64,000 nt of DNA from an uncultured Aliarcobacter sp. (GCA_963664305.2 CAXXLV010000002.1:1472001-1536000), one strand, 5' to 3'. Positions 1 to 11,192 are shown, numbered from the stretch's first letter. A program made the numbers and translations. The notes: a model not told the origin generated them from the letters alone.

Positions 1-2
1 TT

Positions 3-800
3 GAGCTAAAACAGATAAATGCAAATGATTTATCAGCAAGATTAAAAGAGACAAAAACAAAAGATGAAATTTATCAACTAATAAAAGAAGTTAATAATCT
101 TCTATCTCGTTTAGAAAACTCTTTTGAAAGAATTTCGCAATTCAGTTCAGATGCTTCTCATGAGTTAAAAACTCCCCTTACAATAATAAAAGGTGAAATA
201 GAAGTAGCGTTGAGAAAAGATAGAACTATAAATGAATATAAAGATTCATTAAAAACTTCTCTAAATGAGATTTGTATAATCGAACAAACGATAAATGATT
301 TACTTTTCTTAGCTAAAAATGAAAAAGATTTAATAGTTGATAAACAAGAAGAGTTTTATTTAGATGAATTGACAGATGAAGCAATCAACGAGCTTAGAAA
401 TTTTGCAAAACTTCATAAAGTAGAAACAACTCTTTTAATTGAAGATAGTATAGAACTAAAAGGTTTCCCAAATTTATTAAAAATAGCCATCAAAAATGCT
501 TTAAAAAATGCTATTCAATTTAGTCATGAAAATTCTGAAGTTATTGTAAAAATATTTAAGAAAGAGAATCTTTTAAATATTTCAATACAAGATTTTGGAA
601 TTGGTATTCCTTTAAATGAACAAAATAAAATATTTGAAAAATTTTATAGAACAGATAAAAGTAGGAATAAAAATTCTGGTGGGACAGGTCTTGGAATGTC
701 AATTTTAAAAAAGATTGTTGATATTCATAAAGGTGAAATAAATATAAAAAGTATAGAAAATTCAGGTACAACAATTAGCTTATCATTTCCTATAAAATAA
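3..800 (+). CDS. Sensor histidine kinase, HAMP-HisKA-HATPase (CusS/BaeS-like); 5'-truncated by window edge
   Basis: Frame is open from nt 3 (ELKQINANDLSARL...FSSDASHELKTPL H-box), so it extends upstream of the ORF-track start at 210; N-box KNAIQF, G1 DFGIGI, G2 GGTGLGM. Confidence 0.92.
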   Translation, partial: ELKQINANDLSARLKETKTKDEIYQLIKEVNNLLSRLENSFERISQFSSDASHELKTPLTIIKGEIEVALRKDRTINEYKDSLKTSLNEICIIEQTINDLLFLAKNEKDLIVDKQEEFYLDELTDEAINELRNFAKLHKVETTLLIEDSIELKGFPNLLKIAIKNALKNAIQFSHENSEVIVKIFKKENLLNISIQDFGIGIPLNEQNKIFEKFYRTDKSRNKNSGGTGLGMSILKKIVDIHKGEINIKSIENSGTTISLSFPIK

Positions 801-836
801 CTTTTTTATGTTTCAGTTTGTTTTAATGAAAAAAGA

Positions 837-845
837 TGTTATAAT
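837..845 (+). promoter_or_regulatory. Extended -10 promoter TGnTATAAT
   Basis: TGTTATAAT at 837-845, upstream of AGGAGG (866-871) and ATG (876). Confidence 0.55.
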
Positions 846-875
846 TACATTATCTTAAACAATTTAGGAGGTTAA

Positions 876-914
876 ATGGCGAAAATTTCACTTTTTATGG
901 TTGTTAAAATTTAA
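876..914 (+). CDS. Candidate micro-ORF MAKISLFMVVKI (12 aa)
   Basis: Perfect SD AGGAGG 4 nt before ATG, own extended -10 and downstream terminator; too short for the ORF track. Confidence 0.4.
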   Translation: MAKISLFMVVKI

Positions 915-984
915 CTCAAAAGTAAGTTTATTTTTAAGTAAACTTGGTAAATAAAAGTTTTATTTACTAAATAAATAATTTTTT

Positions 985-1012
985 AAAGGGCTCTATTTAG
1001 GAGCCCTTTTTT
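985..1012 (+). terminator. Intrinsic terminator
   Basis: AAAGGGCTC-TATTTAG-GAGCCCTTT followed by T-run on + strand. Confidence 0.85.
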
Positions 1013-1013
1013 A

Positions 1014-2231
1014 TTAGTCATTAAAAACTATATCTATTGCATTTATTATATCAATATCAATTTTATAATCACTTAGATTTTTTCTTAAAATTGATATAGC
1101 TTGATTATGAGACATTGAGTTTCTATATGGTCTATCCTCAACTAAAGCTTGATAAAAATCTAAACATGAAACGATTCTTTCTTCAAGTCCCAATTCATTT
1201 GAAGTTAAACCAAAAGGATAACCTGAACCGTCAAGTTTTTCATGGTGGGCTGATGCCCATTTTGTAATATCACTAAAATTATCTATTTTACTTAATATTA
1301 AATGTGTTAAATAAGCATGTTTTTTTATCTCAAAAAGTTCTTTTTGTGATAAACTGCCCTCTTTATCTAAAATTGTATTTGGAGTTCCAAGTTTTCCAAT
1401 ATCATGTAAATTTGATGCTATTTGGATTTTTAATTTTGTTTCTTCATCTAAATTAAAATATTCCACAAGTCTTAAAGATTTTTCTTCTAAATCAACAGAA
1501 TGTTTTGCCGTAAATTTTGATTTTCCATCAATTATTTTTGAAAATATTTTTGTAATTGATAAAAATTTATCCAAAGAAACATCTATCGCAAAATTTGGTA
1601 ATATTTTTTCTAAAGGATTTACTTCATCAAAAAACTCTAAATCTCCCCAAAATAAAAAAGAATTAGATAAAGTTTTATAAACATCAACAATTTGTGTTGA
1701 AAAAAGCTTTTTCTCATTTTCTAAAACAAAAGCTAAAATCAACTCTTTTTTATCATAACAAATATTTGATAATTCAAAAGTTGTATCTAAAGTATCTGCA
1801 AATGAGATTAATTGAGCAAATAAGGGAATTTCATCTGCTTTCTTTCCAAAAAGACCAGAACCATCATAATTTTCATGATGATAAAGAATTATATCTTTTT
1901 GTTTAGTTAGAAAAGGAAATTCTTTTATATTATTTTCTCCAATTGAGCAGTGTTCTGAAAAATTAACAAAGTTAAAATAGTCCTCTTTTTTATTTAATTC
2001 GGATTGTGAAGTAAAATTACAAAAACTCTCTATCAAACCATTATCATGCAATAAAGAGTATGAGCATAAATCAAATTTATCTTCATCACTCAGGCCAATT
2101 ATTTCTGCCATTTTTAAACAAATATACGCAACTCTTTTACTATGTTTTGAAGAGGTACATTTTATTTCACTTTCGGCTAAATCTAAAGCAAATGATATTG
2201 AAAATAGAAATTTATTGAGGCTAAGTGTCAT
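1014..2231 (-). CDS. Tandem HD-GYP domain protein (cyclic dinucleotide phosphodiesterase)
   Basis: N-terminal domain LLHDNG...HHENYDGSGLFG (GYP degenerate); C-terminal domain LHDIGK...HHEKLDGSGYPFGL intact. Confidence 0.9.
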   Translation of the reverse strand: MTLSLNKFLFSISFALDLAESEIKCTSSKHSKRVAYICLKMAEIIGLSDEDKFDLCSYSLLHDNGLIESFCNFTSQSELNKKEDYFNFVNFSEHCSIGENNIKEFPFLTKQKDIILYHHENYDGSGLFGKKADEIPLFAQLISFADTLDTTFELSNICYDKKELILAFVLENEKKLFSTQIVDVYKTLSNSFLFWGDLEFFDEVNPLEKILPNFAIDVSLDKFLSITKIFSKIIDGKSKFTAKHSVDLEEKSLRLVEYFNLDEETKLKIQIASNLHDIGKLGTPNTILDKEGSLSQKELFEIKKHAYLTHLILSKIDNFSDITKWASAHHEKLDGSGYPFGLTSNELGLEERIVSCLDFYQALVEDRPYRNSMSHNQAISILRKNLSDYKIDIDIINAIDIVFND

Positions 2232-2258
2232 AAAGAAATTCCTGAAATAAGTTTTTTC

Positions 2259-2267
2259 ATTATAACA
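2259..2267 (-). promoter_or_regulatory. Extended -10 promoter for HD-GYP gene
   Basis: TGTTATAAT on minus strand ~30 nt upstream of ATG. Confidence 0.55.
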
Positions 2268-2296
2268 AAAAAATAGTAATTTTATAAATTAGACAT

Positions 2297-2326
2297 AAAA
2301 AAACCGCACTCAAATGAGTACGGTTT
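2297..2326 (-). terminator. groESL terminator
   Basis: Minus strand AAACCGTACTC-ATTT-GAGTGCGGTTT followed by T-run, just after groEL stop. Confidence 0.85.
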
Positions 2327-2349
2327 AAAAAAGAAACTTAAAAATGATT

Positions 2350-4241
<1,892 letters not shown>

Positions 4242-4287
4242 ACTATTTCCTTTTATTATAATTATATTTTCTTTTAAAACTTAGTAT

Positions 4288-4314
4288 TTAGCACTCTAAA
4301 TTTCTAAGTGCTAA
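4288..4314. promoter_or_regulatory. CIRCE element (HrcA operator)
   Basis: TTAGCACTC-N9-AAGTGCTAA, one mismatch to TTAGCACTC-N9-GAGTGCTAA, directly upstream of groES. Confidence 0.93.
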
Positions 4315-4343
4315 ATTTTAATAAATTTTAGATAATTTGTCAA
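4315..4343 (-). promoter_or_regulatory. Sigma70-type promoter of groESL
   Basis: Minus strand TTGACA (4343-4338)-N17-TAAAAT (4320-4315), immediately followed by CIRCE. Confidence 0.8.
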
Positions 4344-4347
4344 TATA

Positions 4348-4368
4348 TTTGAGTTAAATTGACTAATA
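4348..4368. promoter_or_regulatory. HAIR-like element (putative HspR site)
   Basis: TTTGAGT-N7-ACTAATA versus consensus CTTGAGT-N7-ACTCAAG, just upstream of the -35. Confidence 0.5.
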
Positions 4369-4375
4369 GTTTTAT

Positions 4376-5236
4376 TTATTTATGTCTATTTATATATTTA
4401 AGAAGTAACTCTTCTAAAGAGTTTTTTAGATTAGATTCAAAAGTATTTAAAGTATTTATACATTTTAATGACAATTCATCTGCACTACTTCTTGCTCCTT
4501 CTAATCCCAAAAGATTTACAAAAGAGTTTTTTGCTCCATCATTTTGAGTTGTTTTACCAGCTTCAGAAGATGTACATGTTTCATCTATAATATCATCTTG
4601 GATTTGAAATAATAAACCTAAATCTATACCAAAATCATATAATTTATTTTGAGTTGCAATATCATATTCACTAATAATTGCACCCATTTTAAGACTTGCA
4701 GCTATTAGCCTAGCTGTTTTATGAATATGTAAATATTCTAATTGATTAAGTTCTAATTTTTGATTTTCAAAAAAACAATCTATAGCTTGACCAATTATCA
4801 TTCCATTAATTCCACCATTTGTTGCCAAACATTTGATTAATTCAACTTTAATATCATTATGTAATGAAGCATTTACAACTAAATTAAAAGCTTCTGTATT
4901 TAAAGCATCACCAACTAAAATAGCAGTAACTTCATCATATTTTTTATGTAAAGTTTGGAAACCTCGTCTTAAATCTGCATTATCCATTGATGGTAAATCA
5001 TCATGGATTAAAGAATAAGTATGTAAAAATTCTAATCCTAATGCAACAGACATGGCATTTGAAAGAAGTAAAGATTTATTTGATTTTACTACAGATAATA
5101 AAAGCATAGGTCTAAATCTTTTTCCACCAGCTTTTAACATTTCTGCTAAAGCCTCTTCAAAATATGGATGAAAAGATTTAGATACAGGAAGATTATTTAA
5201 TAAATACTCTTCAAAAGAGTCTAATAGATTTTTCAT
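4376..5236 (-). CDS. ispA: Farnesyl diphosphate synthase / geranyltranstransferase
   Basis: GGKRFRP, YSLIHDDLPSMDNADLRRG, FQIQDDIID. Confidence 0.93.
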   Translation of the reverse strand: MKNLLDSFEEYLLNNLPVSKSFHPYFEEALAEMLKAGGKRFRPMLLLSVVKSNKSLLLSNAMSVALGLEFLHTYSLIHDDLPSMDNADLRRGFQTLHKKYDEVTAILVGDALNTEAFNLVVNASLHNDIKVELIKCLATNGGINGMIIGQAIDCFFENQKLELNQLEYLHIHKTARLIAASLKMGAIISEYDIATQNKLYDFGIDLGLLFQIQDDIIDETCTSSEAGKTTQNDGAKNSFVNLLGLEGARSSADELSLKCINTLNTFESNLKNSLEELLLKYINRHK

Positions 5237-5239
5237 TAA

Positions 5240-5560
5240 TTATTTTTGTCCAAAAGAACCAAGACCACCCATAAGGTTCATAGCCATCATTTTTTTGTTT
5301 TCATCACTTTGTTTAATTATATCATTCATACAAGAGATTAATAAAATTTGTAAAGAGTCTTTATCTTCAAGTAATGAATCATCAATTTTTAAATCAATAA
5401 CTTCAGAGTTTCCATTGATTGAAATTTCAACCATTCCTCCACCAGCTTTTGATGTAAAAATTTTTGATGCATTTTCATCTTTAGCATTTTTTGCCATATC
5501 TTGAAATTGATTTAACATATCACCTAAATTTAAGTTTTTTAAATCAATTCCATCAAACAT
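5240..5560 (-). CDS. ybaB: YbaB/EbfC family nucleoid-associated protein
   Basis: [34 protein letters not shown]; likely ATG at 5560 after AGGAAG. Confidence 0.88.
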   Translation of the reverse strand: MFDGIDLKNLNLGDMLNQFQDMAKNAKDENASKIFTSKAGGGMVEISINGNSEVIDLKIDDSLLEDKDSLQILLISCMNDIIKQSDENKKMMAMNLMGGLGSFGQK

Positions 5561-5936
5561 GGTCACTTCCTACTAATTCATGTGTAATTAATTCTATATT
5601 ATTTTTTTCATCAACCAATACAACTGTTGGTTTATAATTTTCTAGTTCAGATTCATTATAAGAAGCATAAGAGATAACTATAATTTTATCTCCAATTTCT
5701 ACTTTTCTAGCTGCTGCTCCATTTAGACACATGTCTTTAGAACCAGCTTTACCTTTTATTACATATGTTTGGAATCTTTCACCATTATTAATATTTACTA
5801 TATCAACTTTTTGACCAACTCTTAAATTTGAAGCATTCATTAACTCTTCATCTATTGTAATTGATCCAACATAATTCAAGTTTGCATCTGTAACAGTAGC
5901 TCTATGAATTTTACTATATAGCATATCAAATGTCAT
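5553..5936 (-). CDS. panD: Aspartate 1-decarboxylase
   Basis: [39 protein letters not shown]. Confidence 0.97.
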   Translation of the reverse strand: MTFDMLYSKIHRATVTDANLNYVGSITIDEELMNASNLRVGQKVDIVNINNGERFQTYVIKGKAGSKDMCLNGAAARKVEIGDKIIVISYASYNESELENYKPTVVLVDEKNNIELITHELVGSDHV

Positions 5937-5948
5937 ATAACAATCCCT

Positions 5949-6311
5949 TTATTTTACTAAATTAATGGGGTCACCCCAAAATGTAGAAGGAATTAAATAC
6001 TCTTCTACAGGTTTCCCACCTAATATGTGTTCATCAATTATTCTATCAATTTTTTCCTTAGTTAAAGAAGAATACATAAAATGCCCTGGTTCAACCAACA
6101 TCAAAGGTCCCATCTGACATCTTCCAAGACATGATGTTCTTACAATTTGTACTGGTCCCATAACCCCTGTCTTCATCAAGCTTTGTGCAGCATGATTAAA
6201 TAAATCTCTAGTATTTTCATTTACACAAGATGGTTTTGGCATTCCTGGAGGAGAACTTTGTTCACATTTAAATATATAAAACGTTGGTTGAGGGATAGAT
6301 GGCATTTCCAT
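5949..6311 (-). CDS. Thioredoxin-like [2Fe-2S] ferredoxin
   Basis: FKC...PSC...TSCLGRCQMGP..VEP..Y..IIDEHILGGKPVE. Confidence 0.85.
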   Translation of the reverse strand: MEMPSIPQPTFYIFKCEQSSPPGMPKPSCVNENTRDLFNHAAQSLMKTGVMGPVQIVRTSCLGRCQMGPLMLVEPGHFMYSSLTKEKIDRIIDEHILGGKPVEEYLIPSTFWGDPINLVK

Positions 6312-6461
6312 AATTTTTCCTTTCTAATCGAAAACTCAAGTATAACAATTTGGAGAATTTTAACACTTTTTTTTTAAAGTATTATAAAATAGCTTAATAT
6401 CTTTTTTTTAAAACTAATTATAATATACTAATTTCCCAAAAACTATAAATAAAGGATTTAT

Positions 6462-6992
6462 ATGAAGAAAATATTGTTTTTTTTATGTTCTTTTATGTTA
6501 CTTTTAGAAGCAAATCCAACTGCTTTATTTGAAACATCAAAAGGTAACATAGAAATTGAACTAAGACCTGATTTAGCACCAAAAGCAGTTGAAAATTTTG
6601 TGACACATGCAAAAAATGGTTATTATAATGGTCAAATATTTCATAGAGTAATTCAAAACTTCATGATTCAAGGTGGAGATCCAACAGGAACAGGAGCAGG
6701 TGGAGAATCAATCTGGAATAAACCATTTGAAGATGAATTTGCACCAAATGCAGTTTTTGATAAAGCTGGTATTTTAGCAATGGCAAATAGAGGTCCAAAT
6801 ACAAATGGAAGTCAATTCTTTATTACAACTGTTCCAACTTATTGGTTAAATGGAAGACATACAATTTTTGGTTATGTAAAAAGTGGATTTGATGTTGTAA
6901 GAAAAATTGAAAACGTTGACACAAATGGAAAATATGAAGGTAACAAACCTTTAGAAGATGTAACAATCAACACAATTACAATAAAAGAATAA
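6462..6992 (+). CDS. Cyclophilin-type peptidyl-prolyl isomerase with signal peptide
   Basis: APKAVENF, FHRVIQNFMIQGGDP, AMANRGPNTNGSQFFI. Confidence 0.95.
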   Translation: MKKILFFLCSFMLLLEANPTALFETSKGNIEIELRPDLAPKAVENFVTHAKNGYYNGQIFHRVIQNFMIQGGDPTGTGAGGESIWNKPFEDEFAPNAVFDKAGILAMANRGPNTNGSQFFITTVPTYWLNGRHTIFGYVKSGFDVVRKIENVDTNGKYEGNKPLEDVTINTITIKE

Positions 6993-7014
6993 ATCAAGAT
7001 TTTCTTGATTTATT
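6988..7014. terminator. Bidirectional terminator-like hairpin
   Basis: AATAAATCAAGA-TTT-TCTTGATTTATT between convergent genes. Confidence 0.7.
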
Positions 7015-8366
7015 TATCCAAAAATTTTACTCATTAAACTCTTATCTGCATGAGCAATAATTTGTTTCTCAAGATTCTCAATTCTTTGAGTTTCCATTTT
7101 AGCTTTTTCTTTCCAGTATTCAAGTTTTTGTAATAATACTTCATCAGATTGCACTGAATCTAATTGTTCAGTTAGTTCAGTAATTTTTTCTTCTAATTCT
7201 TCAATTTTTTCATCGTAATTAACTTTTAATTGAGTTACTCTCTTTTCATCATTTTGTTCAAGTTGAGCAAATTTATCTTTTAATTTTTTTAATTCAAGTC
7301 TTAAATCACTATTTTCTTTTGTCATTTTAAAAGCTAAATGAGAGTTAGAATTCTTTTTATAAAGAGCTATTTCTGTTTTAAGATTTTTATTTTCTAATCT
7401 ATATTTTTCATTACTATAAATATATTTATCAACATTTTTTAATGCATGTTCTAATTCTACTTGTACAGTTTCTAGTTTATATTTCAATTCATTGATAATA
7501 TTATTTTGCTCTAAACTTCCCTCTTTACTTCTTATGTAAATATCACTTTTATCTCTCATAAGTGCAAGTTGGATTTCTCTTTTTTTATTTAACTCTTCTG
7601 TTATATCTTTTTGTATTGAAATTGCACCTATCATCTCTCCTGAATCATCAAGAGTTGGAATTACATAAGCATCAGTATTATAAGAAGTTCCATCTTTTTT
7701 TAAATTTTTTAGTTTACCTTGCCAAGGTTTATTATTTAAAACTCTTGCATATAAATTTGTATATACATCATTTGAAACATCAGGAAATTTTAAAAACTTT
7801 AACTCTTTACCAATTAGTTCATCTTCATTAAAACCTGAAATTTGACAAAATAATTCATTTACATATGTAATATTTAAATGAACATCTGTTTTTATAACAA
7901 TATTATTTGTATCAATGATTTCTTTATATTTTGCTAGTTCTTCTTGTTGTTGTTTTAGTAAAAATTCTTGATAAATATTTGAAGCCATACTATTCATCAA
8001 ATCTAATAAGTTTCTAACATCAATAGGTTTTACTATATATTCTTGAACTCTTAACTTTATAGCCTCTGCTAAAAACTCATTATCTGAATATGCTGTTGCT
8101 AAAATAACAGGAACATTACTATTAACACTTCTAATTTTTTTTATCATTTCTATACCATTTAAAAGTGGCATATTAATATCTGATAAAACGATATCTATTT
8201 CATCTTCATTTTCAAGAAAAGTTCGAAGTCCTTCTTTTCCATCTTTTGCAACAAAAACTTTTGAGAAAAAATTACCTAAAAGTTGAGATAATTCTAAACG
8301 AATTACATTATCATCTTCAACATATAATAAAGTTAATCTTTTCAGTAAGTTTTTATCAATTCCCAT
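7014..8366 (-). CDS. Response regulator: REC + PAS + long C-terminal coiled coil
   Basis: LLYVEDD, SDINMP, YIVKP; PAS YVNELFCQISGF..WQGKLKN; E/K/L-rich heptad tail. Confidence 0.85.
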   Translation of the reverse strand: MGIDKNLLKRLTLLYVEDDNVIRLELSQLLGNFFSKVFVAKDGKEGLRTFLENEDEIDIVLSDINMPLLNGIEMIKKIRSVNSNVPVILATAYSDNEFLAEAIKLRVQEYIVKPIDVRNLLDLMNSMASNIYQEFLLKQQQEELAKYKEIIDTNNIVIKTDVHLNITYVNELFCQISGFNEDELIGKELKFLKFPDVSNDVYTNLYARVLNNKPWQGKLKNLKKDGTSYNTDAYVIPTLDDSGEMIGAISIQKDITEELNKKREIQLALMRDKSDIYIRSKEGSLEQNNIINELKYKLETVQVELEHALKNVDKYIYSNEKYRLENKNLKTEIALYKKNSNSHLAFKMTKENSDLRLELKKLKDKFAQLEQNDEKRVTQLKVNYDEKIEELEEKITELTEQLDSVQSDEVLLQKLEYWKEKAKMETQRIENLEKQIIAHADKSLMSKIFG

Positions 8367-8379
8367 TTTTTAACTTTTA

Positions 8380-8859
8380 TTAGTCTTTTAATTCGTCTTT
8401 TGCAACTACTTTTTCTATATCCATAACTACAAGCATTTGGTTATTATCAAGTCTTACATAACCTTTTAAATATTTTGAAGGAATAGCAGAACCCATTTCA
8501 GAAACAGGAGCTAACATACTTGTATCTAGCTTTTGAACATCATCAACTAAATCTACAATAATTCCTATCATTCTTTTATCTTCAGTAATTACAGCAATAA
8601 CTGAAGTATTTTCATCGTATGTTCCAGGTCCTGTGTTAAATTTAATTCTAATATCTAAAATAGGAACAACTTCTCCTCTTAAATTAATCAAACCTTTCAC
8701 CCATTTTGAAGTGTTTGGTAAAGGAGTAATATTGTCAGGGTAAGTTAAAATTTCTCTAATTTTTGGTAATTCTATAGCATACTTCATCGCACCTAATTCA
8801 AATGTCATAAACTCACTTGTATTTGCGTAATTTACAACTTTTTTATCATTACTTTCCAT
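8380..8859 (-). CDS. cheW: Chemotaxis coupling protein CheW
   Basis: FMTFEL..YAI..IREI, VKGLINLRGEVVPILD, GIIVDLV. Confidence 0.95.
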   Translation of the reverse strand: MESNDKKVVNYANTSEFMTFELGAMKYAIELPKIREILTYPDNITPLPNTSKWVKGLINLRGEVVPILDIRIKFNTGPGTYDENTSVIAVITEDKRMIGIIVDLVDDVQKLDTSMLAPVSEMGSAIPSKYLKGYVRLDNNQMLVVMDIEKVVAKDELKD

Positions 8860-8932
8860 AATTATTCCTTTTTAATTTAAGCAAAGCTTATAAACTTATT
8901 TTTTATTATTCTACCTACACTAAACTTAAATT

Positions 8933-10186
8933 CTATTGTTTAGTTAGTCTATTTAAAGTACAGCTTGCTATATATTTGGGTGTTTGAAGTTCTACTTCAT
9001 CTCCAACTTTTAAATCTTCTAAAGAAATTATTTTATTCTCTTTAGAAATCTGTACAAAACCATTTTTATCTTTTTTATCAGGATGATTTAATTCAAAATT
9101 TGATTTTAATAAATCTATTTGATTTTGTGATTTTAGCAAAAATGCTGAAAAACTATTTTTTACACTACTTTTTAATAAAGCTAATTCATTTTGTGAACTC
9201 AAAATTTTTTGAGATAAATCTGTTTTAAAAGATGATTTTAAAAGATTAATTTCCGTTTGAATAAACTTAAATTTAGTCTCTATAGAATTTTGTTCCATCA
9301 ATCTTTTCATATTTGAAAGTTCTTGTTGTTTATTAAATAAAATATTTTTAAATCTATTAATATATTCATTCATTAAAGAATCTAAATAAATTCTATGTTC
9401 ATTTATATCGGGAAGTGCTATTTCTATTGCATTTGATGGAGTTGCAGCTCTCACATCAGCAACAAAATCACTTATTAGATAATCTATTTCATGACCAACA
9501 GCAGAAATTATAGGAGTTCTTGCATCATAAATAGCATTTGCAACTATCTCTTCATTAAAAGCCCATAAGTCTTCAACACTTCCTCCACCTCGTCCTACAA
9601 TCATGATATCACAATTTAAACTATCAGCATATTTTATAGAATTTACAATATCAAAGGTAGCACCTTCTCCTTGAACTAAAGTTGGAACTAAAATAAACTC
9701 TGTCAGAGGCCATCTATGAGTTGCAACTTTTTTCATATCTTCAATTGCTGCTCCTGTTGGACTTGTTACAAGTGCGATTTTTTTTGGATATTTTGGAAGA
9801 ACTTTCTTATTTTCACCAAGAAAATAACCTTTTGCTTCTAGTTTTGTTTTTAGTTGTTCAAATGCAAAAGCTAAAGCACCTTTTCCTGATGGTTCAATTT
9901 TATTACATAATATTTGGTAGTTTCCTCTTGGAGCATAAACAGTTAAACTTCCAGTTATTACAATTTTTAAACCATTTTCAAGTTGGAATTTTAAATATTT
10001 CGTATTTCCTTTGAACATTACACAAGAGATAGTTGAAGATTCATCTTTTATTGAAAAATAGATATGTCCAGAGTTATGATAAGTAAGATTTGAAATCTCT
10101 CCTTCTACATAAATTTGAATAAATGTAGTTTCAAGTAAAGATTTTATTTGAACATTTAAAGTTGATACGCTAATTGGTGGATTCAT
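8933..10186 (-). CDS. xseA: Exodeoxyribonuclease VII large subunit
   Basis: VEGEISN..HNSGHIYFSIKD, GRGGGSVEDLWAFNEE, SAVGHEID. Confidence 0.97.
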   Translation of the reverse strand: MNPPISVSTLNVQIKSLLETTFIQIYVEGEISNLTYHNSGHIYFSIKDESSTISCVMFKGNTKYLKFQLENGLKIVITGSLTVYAPRGNYQILCNKIEPSGKGALAFAFEQLKTKLEAKGYFLGENKKVLPKYPKKIALVTSPTGAAIEDMKKVATHRWPLTEFILVPTLVQGEGATFDIVNSIKYADSLNCDIMIVGRGGGSVEDLWAFNEEIVANAIYDARTPIISAVGHEIDYLISDFVADVRAATPSNAIEIALPDINEHRIYLDSLMNEYINRFKNILFNKQQELSNMKRLMEQNSIETKFKFIQTEINLLKSSFKTDLSQKILSSQNELALLKSSVKNSFSAFLLKSQNQIDLLKSNFELNHPDKKDKNGFVQISKENKIISLEDLKVGDEVELQTPKYIASCTLNRLTKQ

Positions 10187-10205
10187 TGTTTTTAAAGCTA
10201 GAAAA

Positions 10206-10916
10206 TTAAATTTTTCTAGCGATTATTAAAGTAGAAATATTCATAGAAAAAGCTTTTACATGAATTGGTTCAAGTCCAGCTACTTTTAACTCTTTACATA
10301 AATTTTCTGTTGTTAAAAACTCATCAATAGAGTTTGGTAAATATGTATATGCTTCTTTATTTTTAGAAATTAATCCACCTAAAGTTGGAAGAATTTTGTT
10401 CATATAAAAATCTGTTACATGGTCAAGTAATTTCTCTTTTTTATTTTTTGTAAACTCATTTATTACTACTAAACCATCTTTTTTAAGAACTCTTGCAAAC
10501 TCATGAAAAGCTTCTTGTCTTTCAACAACATTTCTAATTCCATAAGAAATAGAAACTATATCTGCACTTTCATTTTCAAGTGGCATTTGTGTTGCAAAAG
10601 CTTCTACAAATTCAACTTCAGGAAGTTTTTTCTTTCCAACTTCCATCATTCCAACGCTTGGGTCAACCCCAATAATATTTTGTAAATCTATTTTATTTTC
10701 ATTTGCAACTTGTTTCCAAAACAGAATCATATCTCCAGTTCCACAAGCAACATCAACAATCTTTTCAATATCTTTTTTACCATATAACTCAAAAGTTTTA
10801 TTACAAGCTTTGTTTCTCCATGATTTATCAATCCCCATTGATAAAACTCTATTTGCTATATCATAAGTTCCTGCAATATCATTGAACATTGATACAATTT
10901 TTTCTTGTTTTCCCAT
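10206..10916 (-). CDS. ubiE: UbiE/MenG menaquinone methyltransferase
   Basis: MFNDIAGTYDIANRVLSMGID, DVACGTGD, AYTYLPNSI. Confidence 0.95.
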   Translation of the reverse strand: MGKQEKIVSMFNDIAGTYDIANRVLSMGIDKSWRNKACNKTFELYGKKDIEKIVDVACGTGDMILFWKQVANENKIDLQNIIGVDPSVGMMEVGKKKLPEVEFVEAFATQMPLENESADIVSISYGIRNVVERQEAFHEFARVLKKDGLVVINEFTKNKKEKLLDHVTDFYMNKILPTLGGLISKNKEAYTYLPNSIDEFLTTENLCKELKVAGLEPIHVKAFSMNISTLIIARKI

Positions 10917-10943
10917 TTTTCCTATTTTCCTAATTCTTATTTT

Positions 10944-11192
10944 CTATAAAAGATATTTTCCAATTAATAATCCAATAATTAACCCTATATTTGCTGCAAC
11001 AGCAATATACATATATGAAAGTTTTTTATCTGCATATGGTAATTTATTTAAAATATCTTCTTGATGTTTTAATGTCGTTTCAAAATTTTGTGAAGACTTT
11101 TCAAGATTATCAATTGCTTTTCTTATTGCAATTTCTGAAAATTCCATTTTTTCAACAAGCTCTTTAGCTTGTTTAAAACTCATATCACTCAT
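10944..11192 (-). CDS. Small coiled-coil protein with C-terminal membrane anchor, unknown function
   Basis: 82 aa; hydrophobic tail YMYIAVAANIGLIIGLLIG; ATGA overlap with upstream ATPase. Confidence 0.75.
   Translation of the reverse strand: MSDMSFKQAKELVEKMEFSEIAIRKAIDNLEKSSQNFETTLKHQEDILNKLPYADKKLSYMYIAVAANIGLIIGLLIGKYLL

Noticed and set aside
810..824. GTTTC-AGTTT-GTTTT resembling the C. jejuni PhosR box
   Set aside because: Repeat spacing is 10 rather than 11 and the second half-site mismatches; too weak to call
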